Below, piece after piece: positions 44,487 through 58,570 of a stretch of 64,000 bases of DNA (the first letter of the stretch is position 1; every line of letters begins with the position of its first letter). Source of the stretch: Eutreptiella sp. 'Long Island Sound 2002' (Eukaryota; Protista; Euglenida); NCBI GenBank assembly GCA_964036045.1, contig OZ038379.1:12462001-12526000 (forward strand), read 5' to 3'. The notes beneath the pieces are model-generated. The model saw nothing but the letters and a program-made list of their open reading frames with translations. It had not been told where the DNA came from and did no database searches. A program made the position numbers and the translations under genes.

Positions 44487-45230
44487 GTGAAAAAAGATCA
44501 TGAATATCTCAATATGGTGATGGACGAGATTCGATGGTTTGGCTGCTTGAACCATAAGAGTCATAGCCCTCATTTCCCTGACCTTGTGACCCACTTCACG
44601 GACTCTATGCCTGTTAGCTCGATAGGTGGTGTGCATATTTGGAAGCTAACCTTTGTCGTTGACCACTGAGGGAACAGAGTTTGGATTGGTCCACTCATGC
44701 CTGGCACCACACCGGATGTTATAATATGGGACAAATATGGTCCATCAACGAAGTTGGGTTTATTCAAGAATTTTGAGGTAGGGAATCACGATGGTGCATA
44801 CAACGGCCGCTTGCATTGGCATACTCCTTTCATCGGCCGCAAGGTTCTTACAAACGTGAAAGAGAGTATAACAATGTATATGGCTATTATCGTCTTCGTG
44901 TTGAGCACCCATTTGCCCGTTTGTGGCATTGGAAGGTCATTCGAGACATTTGGATGGGTTCTGCTCGTGACCTACATGCCAATACACCCATTCTTTTGCA
45001 TTTTACACAATTTCAGATCCGTTGGTAGGTGTTGTATTAGCCGTACGGACTTTGGGAGCATTTCCCTTCTTCAATTTGGCACGACGAGGAAGCACCTTCA
45101 TTGGAGCTTGACTTGGATGATACCTATATGTGCCAATTGTGTGCACATAAGGACATTTCAAGAGTGCTCGCAACACCATCTGTTTTTGTGCAATAAATGC
45201 ATGGCAATGACTCATGTGATTTGCCAGATG
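44487..45230 (+). pseudogene. DDE_Tnp_4/Harbinger-type transposase (divergent family), stop and frameshift
   Basis: FTDSMP (D1), IWKLTFVVDH*GNRVWIGPLMPGTTPD, NHDGAY (D2), PFIGRK, YRLRVEHPFARLWHW (E), Cys-rich C-terminus. Confidence 0.85.
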
Positions 45231-45527
45231 ATCAACCATAATTATATTGTATTGTTGTTTTATTCAAACCAGGGGGTGCCATAAGGACACTCACCCTTTT
45301 TTTTTTTAACTATGGCATCCACTCTCTGATGGTGGTGAGGTACCAGATCGTGAGGTACCTTAGTTGGTAGTTGTATTAACCTCTAATACCATAGGTCCCA
45401 GGTTCAATTTCCAGTGTTTGCAATATTTTTGGCTTCACTTTTTTGGTCTTTTTTATGTCTGCATGTTACCCCAGGCTGTGTTTGGCTTCTTTTTTTTGGT
45501 CTGTTTTATGTCCGCATGTTACCCCCA

Positions 45528-45612
45528 GCGGTTACCCTCCAACTGCCATCGGTTACCCACCAACCGCCATCGGTTACCCACCAACCGCCATCGGTTACCC
45601 ACCAACCGCCAT
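45528..45612 (+). repeat. 21-bp tandem repeat x4
   Basis: cggttacccaccaaccgccat. Confidence 0.95.
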
Positions 45613-46714
45613 CATAGGGCGTATTGGACACTCTGAGTTTTTTTTTTCTTTCATTACGGCACCCCCTGATTCAAACATTGAGAAAAATTGCGTGTTTAGA
45701 AGAAATTTGCTCCAGGTGTGTTCATTGTGCATGTGCTTTTCACTTGTTGTGAGGTGGTGTTGAGGCTACAATTTGGGGCACCAAGTGGCTTGGGTGGTGG
45801 GGGTGGGGTGAGACGTGAGGCTGTCCACCATTGTGGGGGTATAGTATGGTCTAGTGAGGCAAGAACATTGCCAATTGTAGCAAAAAATCCCAATTTCTGG
45901 TGTGTGTGCACTGCGTGCACATTAAAGGGAGAAATAGGGAGTGCACACATGCCCCCTTGGTTTTTCTTACCCTTCGAGTCCAAAGTGAAGAGGAGCAACA
46001 GAGAGGGCCAACCTATTCCAATTTTCCGCATTGGAATTGGATATGTCTCCCCCATCATACCAGGACCGGCAAAACACAATAGCGGAAAAGAATATCCTAC
46101 ATGGAAGTAGAAACTATGAAGCACCAAGCCCTACCAGGTGGTGAAAAAAAACCCCATGCACTCAAACATTCTCTATGCCAAAAAGTGGGTCATGTACATT
46201 ATATAGATAAAAAAGATGCCCGGCATGCACAGGGTGTGTTCCGCTCCCCCATGGTAGTTGGTTCAACAACGTCACTGCGGCATTGGTGCCCAGTGCATGT
46301 GCGGCACTTGCGTGGCACTTTGCCAGACAAGGAGAAAGAAGTGGTTTGGCTCCAATCCAGACCCCCTGCCCTAGAAATGGTGCATTCAAATGCCCTCCAA
46401 TGAGAAGGCTGAAGTGTGCACCAATGGACACCACTCAAGGCACCGCATTCTGTTTTGCCCTCCAAACCATGACCCAGAGTTGTCATATGAGGCATCTCGT
46501 TGGGTTTGACGATAGCCCACAACAGTGACCAAAGCCAACATTCCTGACATTGACATGGATCCATCACATGTGGACGGACAGGAAGGTATTGAATCTGTCT
46601 GTCAACAAGACATATTGCAAGGGTGAAGAGGAATGCCACACTGGCTCCGTACATCTTAGTATCTTGCCTTGCTGGTGCTTCTTTCGTTTGGGCCAGTTCA
46701 TGTGTTGTGCTTAG

Positions 46715-46930
46715 GCAAGCTCACGGAGCCTGACATCAACGAGAAGTGTGGGGTGCTGAAGGCGTGGATTGAGACCATCCACTACCTCCAGCACTGGTTC
46801 ACACAAGCCAAGTGGAGCTTTGACACCGGCGCATTCCAAAGGGCACATTTCAGCCTTTGGCAGCTGCAGACAGTGATGCCTTCGATTGCGGATGTTAATG
46901 CCATAGTGCCCATCCAAGTCCTGAGGGTCC
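46715..46930 (+). CDS. Probable host-gene exon
   Basis: After ttag: KLTEPDINEKCGVLKAWIETIHYLQHWFTQAKWSFDTGAFQRAHFSLWQLQ; coding-like composition; boundaries approximate. Confidence 0.4.
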
Positions 46931-49900
46931 TGGTGCACAGTGCCATTGCAGGTGCCTGCTTTCCAAGGGGTGGTAGGGGTTCAGAGAGGATTTTCGTAGC
47001 GTAGGGTGCAGTGGATAAGGGCAGGTGCCCCTCCTCTGTGGACTGAGTCTGCGACCCTGCTCTCTCTCCTTTTCCGCAACAGCCCTCCGCTGACAATTTG
47101 CAACTGACAGCAACTGCTCCGGACCATTTGCCAACTCCGTCCAACTGCTCCTAACACGCCACTTTGAGCCCTCCCCCTTCCAGTGCATCCCTGGTACAGG
47201 GGCTCTACACAGGCTGTATAGATGTTTTATATGGTTTGACTCTGAAACAGCATCATGCAGGGACATCATCATTGTCCTCCTGTTGGGGTGCACATCAACA
47301 TGTGTATTTGCACGCCCGTACTTCATGAGCTTCTGTCAACTTAATGGGAGCCCACCCTGGGTTCAAAGGCATTGCCCACAGCCCATTGGTTGTGAGGTCA
47401 ATATTCTCTTTCCTTGCTTAACCCCGCCCCCCCCAGCTCCCATGGTCAAGGAGTTTGGACTCACTGCAGCAAGAGTTAACACAAACAGAGCCATCATGGA
47501 GGACGCTCCATGGTTGCCCTCTGAGGTGCAGCCAAAGTCTAGCCACTTGCGTTTTCCTTCGTGAATGAAAATGGGCTTGTTGTAATTATCTGCACGGCTG
47601 GATGCAGAGGGATACCCCCTGATCTGAATGAGATGTTTTCCAAAAAAGACAATAATCTTGAGCATATCATTGGCTCAACATGCAGACCTAGGTGGTCAAA
47701 ATATTTTTTTTCCACTGCTTTCTGAATATGCCCCACATACCCCCTTTTCAAGCCCTTCCGTGACCAGGCAACACTATCATCTATCTTGAAAACGCTGTAC
47801 GCTGTACGTGTGCACGTTTGTTGCGTGCTCAATAGATAGGTTGGCTCAGCAACCCCATCCGCATAGATATGCGGCCACCATTGATGAAAAAACTTGTTCT
47901 CCCAGAACCCTCTAGCCTTGTGTTAGACCCTCCCACATCAGGGGTGTGGAGCACAGGAAACACAATCAAGTGTGTTAAATGGGAAGTACCAATAAGCAAA
48001 GCGACTTTTACGGTTGGTCCCTCATACTGGTAGCCACACTATGCACTCTTGTAGAATCGCTCTTTTCCGCACTGCAAATAGCAAGAGAGCTGTGTCAGCT
48101 CGAGAGTCCGTCACCCCCACAGTGGGTGTCATCCTGGTCGAGGTAGAGGGTCTTCTACAGCTCATTAAGACGTGTGCTAGTGATGCCCTTGACAACGTGA
48201 AGAGCTTCCTCCTTGGCGTGTCTGACTTGGGACATGATGCTATGAAAAGCGCCAAGATAGATTGGAAAGCGTCAAGCGAATGTCACTAATGAGTTATGGA
48301 TGAGCCTGAGGGGGAGGAGGGCAAGGCTTCAAGCGGCGGTTTCCGCACATTTCACTGATATTGTCGCTGTTGCGCACCAGGGTGGGGGTTTCTAGGGCAG
48401 TGTAACAGTGTATTGCCCCCCCCCCCCCCTTGGCGAGAAAAAGAACGGGAAAATCCACTTTGTAACTCAGGCAGAGAGAGGCAATATCACAGAGTGTTGA
48501 AATAAAATTATGCAACAAAATAGAATCACATGTGTGATTTTAAATAGGTCCATGGTTCATGAGACTATGATCGGCATATGCCTTCCCTAGGGTGCGACAT
48601 CCATGCCCCGGGGAATGCTTTCCCTGCGGCGCCTGCAATGCGCCCTGTGGCACGCAGTTTGGGTAATTATACAAGAATACACGCGGAATAGTGCCGCATA
48701 CGTACACACATTTGTTACATACCATTTACCCCCCCCCCCCCCCACACACACACACCACTTTTGTCTCCTATTTGATGGTACATTCCCCTTTTTGGGCCTC
48801 TATCTTTCACAAATGGTGCATTTGATTCCGTATGATGTTGATCCGTGATGGGCACTCTTTCATTCGAGGCCTTGGAGAGCATCTGTTTGCCCAATTGTAC
48901 AATTGGGCTGTGTGCCGCGAGCCGGGCACCAAGTTGGGGATGAACTGGGAGGAGCACATCCTACGACTCCATTAGATGGTCCATGCTGTGAACAACATTT
49001 CATCAACAAGTGCAACGTTAAGTACAAGCCATATGGTCCATGGGGTCATTTTCTTGGACAATGTACACTAAAGCTAATTCCCCTTTCCCTGCGGCGCCCG
49101 CGGCGCGCCTGCGGTGCGCAGGAAGCATTCCCCTGTGTGGTGATGCTGGTGGTAGATCGATTGTGTATGAGTCCTTGACAGAGGCAGCCTACGGCATGCC
49201 ACTGCCTGCCCATGCTGATGGAGTTGGAACCTTTTTGAGCATGTCCATCCCCCCTACTGCACAGTCTCTACTCAGATGAGCTTTGTGCTGCTTTGGTAAT
49301 GTGCTGCTCCTTTCCAGACTGGGAGGTGGATTATGGGACACGCTCAGCTAGTCGTCATGTCAGACACACTCATGGACAGCATGGCAGCAAGCGTACCTAG
49401 AGCCTTGCACAATAATGCCAATATGGTGTAGATGTTGCTTTGCCAATACCCACACTGTGCTCCTCTTAAGTGGTCAGTTTGTACAGGCACTATGGCCTTG
49501 GACTCCTAGTTGAGACGGTGGGCTTGGGCACTTTCTCAATCCAACATTTTGGTTGATTTGTATGGCTACTTGCCCAAGGCAGGCCCTAGCCAATGTGTAC
49601 AAGCAGCTTGCCGGCCTCATGTCAACACATTCATCTAGGCACAATGCCTCGCCCCCAAGTAGTTTGTAATGGCATTGTGCTGCGCAATTGTTTGCCACAC
49701 CAATAAATATCGCAAGCCAAGATCCTCCTTGGCACCACGGCACACCACTCACCATGCCATCCTAGTTGAACACCCTATTTTGCCTCTGAGCATCCTTGGC
49801 CCCAAATATTGAGTGGTGCCACGCGAAAAATGCCCGTAAACATCTCCAACAAGTAGGTCCGTGCAGCGGAGGTGTGACAAGGGGGGTGCACTATGCGCTG

Positions 49901-50289
49901 TGCGCACGCTGTGCGAAGAGTCGGCTGTTTTTCACCACCGGTAGCCATGGGTCCCAGGGTCCTGAATTCTGCACCCTACAGCCCCTGCTGGTACACCAGG
50001 GATTTTTTGTTTTAGTCTGATGCTTGCCCCAGGGTCCTGAATTCTGCACCCCTGATGCTGCTTTGAATGGATCATGCATGCTTCTGTAGGTGGGTGGTTT
50101 TCAGGGGTGTTCCCGGGATAAACAACGTAATAATTGGCGCCGTGCCCGCCCTGTGCCCGCACTGTGCGCGTGCTGTGCAAAAACGTAACAGGGGAAGTAG
50201 TCGCTTGTGCATATCTCATAAGAGGATGGGTGGCATACATGTCCTGCTGTGCAACTTAGATGACCCCTCTTCCTAGAGGTTGGCTGCCA

Positions 50290-50566
50290 CAGGCCTCTGG
50301 CCCAATACCCAATCCTGGTTTAGGGATTGCCTACAGACTGCAGAGGTGTCTTTCTGGTCCAACGTCACAGGGAATGCATGTGGACCTCAGCTGGACAGCA
50401 TCGCCCCACGCACAGCTGCATCACTGGTGTGCAAAGCACGGTTGGCTCTTCTGCATCGACGCTGGCAAGAGGCTGCACAACTCACATCTGATCACTCTGT
50501 CCCTCCTAAGTGGCACAGGCGGGTGCATACTATTACACGCCTCATGGCTCAGGGCGCAAAGGTATC
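50290..50566 (+). CDS. Probable host-gene exon
   Basis: WFRDCLQTAEVSFWSN..SLVCKARLALLHRRWQEAAQL..ends gcaaag/gtatcc donor. Confidence 0.35.
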
Positions 50567-52759
50567 CTTCCAAGTCCTACAGATCCCTGAGAGTACTCCA
50601 GTCCCCCCCTGCACCTCTCCCCATGAATCCTGTGGCCCCACATCATCAACATGTGTGAGGAATAATGGTGCTGAGTTGTATGCGAAGCTATGGAAGCCGG
50701 AGGACTCCCAAAGTTGCAGCTGCCCATCTCGGCACCCTCACATATGGTACATGTGGCCAAAGCAGCTCTCTAGTGCAGTGGTGCAACAGTACACCCTTAC
50801 GGCGGCCTGTGATTCAGCACAACAAGGCCCTGGCGGCACTGCACAATCATGTTTCAAGCTGAACCAAGTCCTAGCTCACCATCTGCTGTCGCGCCTGATG
50901 AGGAAACATGCAATCCTGGTTTGAGGACTGGATTTTTGATATCATGGGAGATTTCCTGAGAGCCTGAGAACACTAGTTCGGTTTTGTAAGTAGGCTAGAA
51001 AATGACAAAAGCAACAAGTTGTGTGTCCAGCTGGATAACGGCTTGTTTAATGTTCATGCCCCCCAATTTGTGCCCTGTTTCAAAAAAAAAATTCAGGACC
51101 ACTCCTGTCGCCCCGCTCTTCGTCCACCAGCCACCTCCAGAGCCTGCGACACCACGTTTCCCAGGTATTTCTTCCCAAAGGGACCGATCATTTCATGTCA
51201 CCGCCCCCACTTTCCTCGAATCAAAGTGGCCGGAACTCCAAGGCCATCTCACATATCTCTCGGGGACATTCGGTATATACCAACACGGAGCGTTTTGGCA
51301 CTTTTTGGGAAATGTTGCAATTTTCGCTTTGATGTGTGGAAGTAAGGACACCTCCCCTATTTTGAGGGTGGGGAACTCAGAAAAACATAATTTGGAAGGT
51401 ATTTAGATGGTCAGGGGTGGGTTTTGGGGCCTAGTAAGGGGTTGGGAGGACTAAAAATAGGGCATGACACCATCCTACGCAGATTGCTAAAATTAGGCAG
51501 CTTAGAGACAAAATGGTGACGTGGGCCATGATTCACCACTAAAAGTGAGTGTGAAAGATGGAAATGAGCAAAAGGAAGGGGAATGCTTCCAAATTCCATT
51601 GTATGGGGTGGGCAAAGGGTAGGGATGGTAGGGATGGGCGACTTTTAGGGGTAAAGTGGCTATTTTTTACCACTCTGGGTAGGATTCCATCAACAGTGAT
51701 GTCCTACCCCATTTTGTGATAATTTTCCCCTCGTACAGCTCTCCCACTGTCGCAACCTTCTCCGAAAGATAAATTTTTGAACCTCCCACCCCCAAAATAG
51801 GGGGGGCTACCTCTACAACCCCCCAGAAGAAAAGCGCACCTGGTAACGGGGATAGGGGTGCGGTGCAGTCTGTCTGAAACCTGACCAGAACAGGCAAAAA
51901 AAAAACCCAATCTGTCAATGGTAACAGCCAATTTTCGGAAAAACATGGTTCCGCCCCCCGCAACCCCAACCCATACATCTCTGAAAAGCCCTTTTCAAGG
52001 GCTTTCCGAATATACCCCATACAGCCCCCCCCCCCCCCCCCCCGAACGGGACACTCAGTGGGCACAAATGAGGCATTGACCCTTGAAAACGCTCCGCGGT
52101 GGCATAAATGTACCCGCAACGTCCCCGAGAGATATGCCTCTTTTGGGTTCAAATTACCTACCCTGCCTCCCCACCCACCCACTTTATCCTTAGTGGTTTG
52201 GTCAGTGCGGCACCCCACCATGTAGAAACAGCACCGGCGGACCAAAACAGCAGCTTGGTGGACCTTCAAGAAGGGTTGATGTGCGAGAGGCCAATTTGGC
52301 CGCATGTAGAAGGCAGCAGTCACGGCAGAGCAAGGGCATCCGGTAGCGATAGGCCAGTGGGCACCACCATCTACCAAGGAAAATGATCTACCAAGGGCGG
52401 ACAAGGGTCTGTGACGAGATGCCAATACGCCCCGCCAGCTTCAGACAGCAATCATCTCATGTGTCATGCCTAAACCCCCACCTCTCCGGAAGTCCAAGCC
52501 AGTGGAGGAGTTGGTGTATGGCTTACACCTGAGTGGCCCTGGTGTTTCGAGAACAGCACGAGTCCCACAGCCAAAGCCATGGGACACTCGCGTTCCTGCC
52601 CTTGCCCATGAGACGTTGGAATCGCCCACTTACCGGTAGTAGAGCTCAGTAGAGGGCTGCTGAACCTCGGTGTGCAGTGCATATGCGCAGTGCAATGTCC
52701 CATGTAGAAGTCCAGTGTTCGTGTGCCTCCACCACTGCATATGGCTGCCTCAGGCCTTC

Positions 52760-53185
52760 TGCTCCCGGTGGTACATGGCTGCTCTGGACTGCTGGCATGA
52801 GGCCATGCAGTGCGAACCCCTCCTGATCCCCGCCACCGCTGCCGCTCGTGCCGCCGCCTTCTCTGCCACCGGTGCCGCACACACGACGTATGTAGTGCTT
52901 ATGGTTCCCTTTCTGAGCAGCCGTGGGATCCTCAACGCACGCCGCGTCTGCCGCCTGTGGCGTACGGAGATCATGGTGGGGCTCCAAGATGCCGGGGCCG
53001 CCCAGCAGTGGCCATGCATGCCCACCCGTTTGACGCAGTTGGGGCTTGTGGAGCGGCTGTTCGATGTGGGGGTTGTGGATGTGCAGGTGTACTGGATGCC
53101 GCAGGAGGCACAGCTGTGGCTGTACTTGCAGGGGGGCACTCAGCTGGTGCTCCGGAGCTGCAACCCGTTTGGATTCGCCCACCAT
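52760..53185 (+). CDS. Host exon containing an F-box-like motif
   Basis: VLMVPFLSSRGILNARRVCRLWR (~52890-52965) fits the F-box pattern FL..L....VCR.WR; boundaries approximate. Confidence 0.45.
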
Positions 53186-55499
53186 ATCCCAGTTTTCAGG
53201 CTCCAGGTGCCATGGTGCTCGCACATAAAACACAACGCATGGCATTCACCGTCTGAGATGAAGGGTCCCTCTGTTTGCGGGCAGAATGGTGTGAGGCGTA
53301 GGTTGCCTTTTTTTTTTTGTAGGTCGTGTGCACTTTTTTGGGGGGCGCAAGCCGCCTGTGGAAAAAAAAAACTGAAAATGCTGTGGCTTCACGACCTACA
53401 CCCCAGCCCCCCAAAAGTACGTGATTTACGCTTTTTTTTTTTACGCAACCTACATCCAAAAAAAAGTGCACGTGACCTGCAGCCAAAAAAAGTGCAGGTG
53501 ACTAACGCTTTCTTTTACGCCACCTGCATCCGAAAGAGAACGGAAGTACATGCGACATACATCCAAAAAAGTGCACGCAACCTACGGCAAAACACAAAAA
53601 TGAACGCGGCCAGCCTTGCTAGATTTTTAAACAGGCTATGCGGTCATTCTGAATCCTGCTCAGGGGATGCCGAGACAGCGCGGGTTTCACAGTCTTCCTG
53701 GAAAAAAGGCCCCCAAAAGGGAGCGAAACAACAAGGACCATAATCCAATGAGGATGGTGTCAAGTCTCATGCCTCTGTGGCTGCTGTGGCAGTGCGCCCA
53801 AAGCGCAAGTCTGCCCTGCACAGCATCTATTGAACCTTTTCCGCCCCCCTTTTGATTTGTGGGTTGTGTGCAAGGGAAGTGTATTTGTTAGGGCAACTGC
53901 ATTGTGACGCATGGAGGTTTCATTCGTGTTGGCCACAGATTGATGAAATTTTGTCGGTTCCGTTTTTTGCTTTTGTACCGCTCATCTCTTGCGTGTTGGT
54001 GGCCCTCGGTGCACTGCCTTATCCTCACAATCAGAATGTCACTGACGTCGCCCCTTTCCTCCGCGGGAAATTCATCTATTCTGCGCGCCTTCTGAATGTC
54101 TACATCGGAGGAATGGGTTTGCTGCATGGCCAGGTATGAGGCTGGGCTGAAGCTGACAATGCGCTCGCTTGAGATGATGATGGGGGTAAGGGCTGAGTTG
54201 TAGAGTTGTCTGTGGCTGTTGGTGTGCCTGTTCTGTTTGTCGAGGACATGAGCTGGGGTGGATGGAATCCAGCCGCTGGGATGGCAGGGCTGGGACTTGG
54301 GCTGGGGCTACGCTGGCTAGCGCCGGGGCTGTGCTGAGATACTTCCTGTTCCTACCCGCACCGCACTCCTTTCGCCACCCCTTGTGCCCCGATGGCTTCG
54401 CCTGTCTCACACCACCTCGCCCACACTTGCCACGAGTACTGGCAGCGCCGCTGAGTCCTGAGGCGTCAGCTCTGTGTCATGTGCCGCTCAGTAATACCTG
54501 CGGCTGTGACACCCAGAACTCAGTAACAAACAGCTGCATCCAGCGTGTCCTTCGGTAGAATCCGGCGATTTGTGAGCTGCCAATCGCCAGTGCCAAGTCT
54601 GCTCCGCCCCCTGCTGCTTCCATCCCCACAACACCTCCTCTTTCCAGCCCCACAACATGACGCAGCAATGCATTGGTCTGGAGCTCAACCTCGGCGACAG
54701 CGGGAAGCATATCTTGACTGGCTACTGGCGTTCTCCCGCATCCTGTCGCGAGCCCACCAGCCCCTCCTACACGGACCTCATCCCCACGCCCGGAGAGCAT
54801 CTTGCACCGCTGGCCCCCCAGCCCCTGGACCCCAGCAGCCCCATGTGCTCCCCCATCCTTTGGAACACCGGGGCACGCACCGCATGCACGCTCGATGCCG
54901 AGGGCTTTAAGGGCCCGTCAGTAGATCGCGTAGAGGCCCTGCGGGCTTTGCTGAAGTCTTCGAGATCCGTGCCTGACACACACAATTTATTGCAGGTTTG
55001 GCTGTGCGTCGTTGTGTGCATGCCCCCACCCACGCGTCCCAATCCACTGCAAGGTCCCCCATCAACGCCCCCCCAAACACTTGGTGATCCGAAGCCCCTA
55101 TGTTACATTTCCCACATCTGCATCTGTGGAGTACCCTCCAAACTTCGCCGTCTTGGGAAAGATTTTGTGTGGAGCATGCCAGCGCTAGCATGGGGGACGC
55201 CAAGGGACAGAAGCTGCACCTCTGAGTGTTGAGACAACGGACCCACCCTCACCTGCCACAGTTTCCCCACCGTCTCCAGACAACCAATGCGGACACTTTC
55301 CTCCTAAAACCTCAAACCAATGTGCACACCCAGAAGTACCAACCGGCACACTTACTGAGCCTTTGGGGTGGCCCCTCAACCGGCAAACCTCAGCCCCTCA
55401 ACCCGTCCGTCCCAAGCCCCGTTTCCTGGCCCCCTGCCACACGTTTCACTTCATCACAGGCCGCTCTCTCACTCTTCCCAAAGCCTCCAAAGCTCAGCA

Positions 55500-55800
55500 T
55501 CTTCACAAAGCGGACCGCCAGCCTTCGGCTGGTGTTCTCTCAGGACGTGGCCTCCCGCCTGCGCAACGGCACTGTGAGGCCACCGCAGCCGTTCCTGTCC
55601 CCGCACTACGGCTCCGTGATTGGATACCATCTCCCGGACACTGCCCCGTCGCAGGACGCATTCACGATCCATGGCACGCCGTGCCTTTTGTACTGGGCAT
55701 TGAAGCAACTGATTGCCGCAAATACTGCGCCGGTGGAGATGGCATTGCGTGTGACGTATGCCCCGGGTTGTCGAGGCCGGTGTTGGACGCTGGCAGGGCC
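55500..55800 (+). CDS. Probable host-gene exon
   Basis: SLRLVFSQDVASRLRNG..TIHGTPCLLYWALKQLIAAN; GC-rich coding-like. Confidence 0.35.
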
Positions 55801-57008
55801 GATTGGCTCCCGAGGGCAGAATGGTTGGCGAAGTGTGGTCTGGGTTGAGGGTTGGGGGAGGGTTGGGGGTGCACTCGGGAAATATCAGCCCCCGCCGTGC
55901 ACCGAAGGTTATAAAGAGGAGCGCCTCCCACCTCCCTCCGGACGCCCCTCCCCCAGAAGAGAAGTTTGCAGGAGGGAAACGGGAACGGTTTACTGAGGGA
56001 AAAGTTGTTGGCCCACCACTTTGATTGGGATCCAAACCCCCGCCCCCTCTGTGCACCATTTCTCACCTCCAATGCGGCGGAGAACACCCTGCCTGCGTTC
56101 GCAGCAGGCACGGAGTTCAGAACACAGTTGATCATCATGAGAAAAGGGGCCGATCCGGTTCTTAGTGCACAGCGGTGTCCAGCAGAGATGTATTTTAATA
56201 GTGGTCGAATAATTTTGGTGGGGGGGGGGGGAAGGGGGCCGGGGTCTGAGGGGCCCGAGATGACGAAATGACGATTACGAAGCCCCTTTGTCCCGCTTGT
56301 GGTAAAGGGTAAGTTTTGCCACTGAAGCTGCCAGATTTTTTCCTGAGGGGCCAAAAGTGACCCAAAAAGTTTCTTCGGTCAAAAAATGTCATGAGGCCCA
56401 TCAAATTGATCAGCAGAATGTGCTGAACGCCAAGATGTATGTGGTGGGGGCCAAAAAGCACTTTTTTTTTTCAAGGGTGAACATTGACCAAAATTGGCCG
56501 GCCGCATTTCGTCATCGTCATTTTGTCATTGGGGGGGTGGGGGGCGCCCCCTCACTATATCCATCCCTGGTGTCCAGTGTGCAGTTCGATGCAGTCCCAC
56601 GTGTGTCGCCAGTGCTAGTCAACTGCAGTGCCCCTATGCAGCCACCTCTCACGCGCCCCAGAATGCGCAGCTGGTTGTCCCTTTGCACGAGTGCTCGTGC
56701 CCAGACATGACTGCAACCTGCGTGCCCAGTCATATGCCGATGCCCTCACAGGCCTTTCCTTCTCCCCTGCAAAACGAGTCCCAGGAGTGCCCTTTAGGAA
56801 CGAGGGGCTCTTGATGAAGCACAGCGGATTGCGGTTGGTGGACGGCGGTGGGCGGTCAACCGGCGGCTGTTGATGTGGTGACGGGCGGCGGTTCGTGACC
56901 GGCTGGCGCGCTTTTGGGGCCCGTTTTTTCGTGGGATGCAGGTTAGGGCGGGCGAGTCCCAGAGGTCCAGTCCCCCCCCCCCCCCCCTCTAATACCCTTG
57001 CCCCGCAG

Positions 57009-57198
57009 GTGCCCCGTGGAGGAGGATTTGATGGCATGCCACGACAGCGATCAGCTCGTCTTCTCCCTCTCCGACTGCCTGTACGCACTGTACAGCCGTC
57101 CCGAGGGCCTAGTCTCCTGCCTGCAGTCCATGTGTATCCCTGCCCCTGCCCTGAAGCCACGCACACACACGCCACTGACCGTGTCCAGCCTCCCGTGA
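57009..57198 (+). CDS. Probable terminal exon of a host gene
   Basis: Pyrimidine tract + cag acceptor, CPVEEDLMACHDSDQLVFSLSDCLYALY..SSLP*. Confidence 0.45.
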
Positions 57199-58204
57199 TG
57201 CGCCGGCCACGTCGTGATGTCCCGTGCCCTCAATCCGAATGGAGCCTGTGGGCGCTCCCCAAAAGGGGGCGATGCCAGATGCCTGTCCACCGTGCCCCTG
57301 CGCTTCCAGTGCGCACGCTTGTCCCATGCCTTTCCGTCCTCAGTCTACCTCCGCGAGGGTCTCCATCATTGCACCATCGGCTCTATCCCCTGTGCTTGCG
57401 CCCCAAGGACGACTCCTGCGGGGCCATTCAGTATCGCCCTCGCCCCTACCCTTTTCGTGGGTGTAGGTCTATTCTGCATTTTCCCCTGTGCGTGACGTCA
57501 GATGTACCCCGTTGACCAACGTGTTGGCAGCACTCATACCATGGCAACAGCCGTTGCGCACTTGTGTCTGCGTCTATCGGAGAAGTGCTGCTGCCCGTGC
57601 TGCGCAAAGTTGATTCTGGTACTTTCCTGAAAGGAATATTGAGGGGTCCGTGAAAAAAGAGTGGTGGTTTGCATTGTGTGGTTTTCCTGTTTGCGTCCGT
57701 GTCGTCCTGCATTTTTGCATCTCTCTGCAGATGCACGTACTTGTGGAACAACACGAGTCATGCATCAAGCAAGGCAAATGAATGCGGTAATTCATCGGGA
57801 ATTTGGACGCTACAGCATCAGGGCTCCTGACAACAGCTCAGCACCACTGGGGGATGGGGGGGGCGCACCACCCACCCACACCCCCTCGATGCCCAGCCCC
57901 ATTGTGTTCGGCGTAAGTCACTTATTTTTTTTTTTGGTGTAGGTTGTATGTGGAGGAAAAACCTGAAAATGCTATGGCATGCGACCTACATCAAAAAAAA
58001 TGTGTCTTCCGTTTTTTTTTTGTGATGTGACCTACATCCGAAGAAAAAAAAATTGCATGCGACCAACAGCAAAAAAAACAAAACAACGCCATATACACTT
58101 TTTTTGTGACGCGACCTACACCCACAAAGAAAACCAGTACACGCGTCCTACATCCCAAAAAAAAAAGTGCACACGCATTACTGTGCCAAAAAACAAAAAC
58201 ACTT

Positions 58205-58570
58205 CGGCGTGGCCCCTCGAGTTGGGGTAATGGACTCCCACACTTTGGTGTGCCCCTTGAGTTGTGGTTATGGACTCCCACGCTTCGGTGTCGCCCCTCA
58301 AGTTGGGGTGATGGACTCCCACGCTTCTGGGTGGCCCCTCCGGTTGGGGTGATGGACTCCCAAGCTTCGGCCTAGCCTCTCAAGTTGGGGTGATGGACTC
58401 CCGGGCTTGAGTGTGGCCCCTTGAGTCGGGATGATGGTGTTCCATGCTTGGGTGTGGCCTTTTGAGTTGGGGCGATCGACTCCCATGCTTCGGTATGGCC
58501 CCTTGAGTTGTGGTTATGGATGCCCATGCTTCGCTATGGCCCCTCGAGTTGGGCCGATGGACTTTCACGC
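58205..58570 (+). repeat. ~41-bp tandem satellite (~9 units)
   Basis: Unit gcccct(c/t)gagttggggtgatggactcccacgcttcggtgtg; partial unit at ~34968-35010. Confidence 0.92.

Noticed and set aside
58205-58570. CRISPR-like array (also 40052-40338 and 4370-4770)
   Set aside because: Contiguous degenerate tandem units without spacers; ordinary satellites
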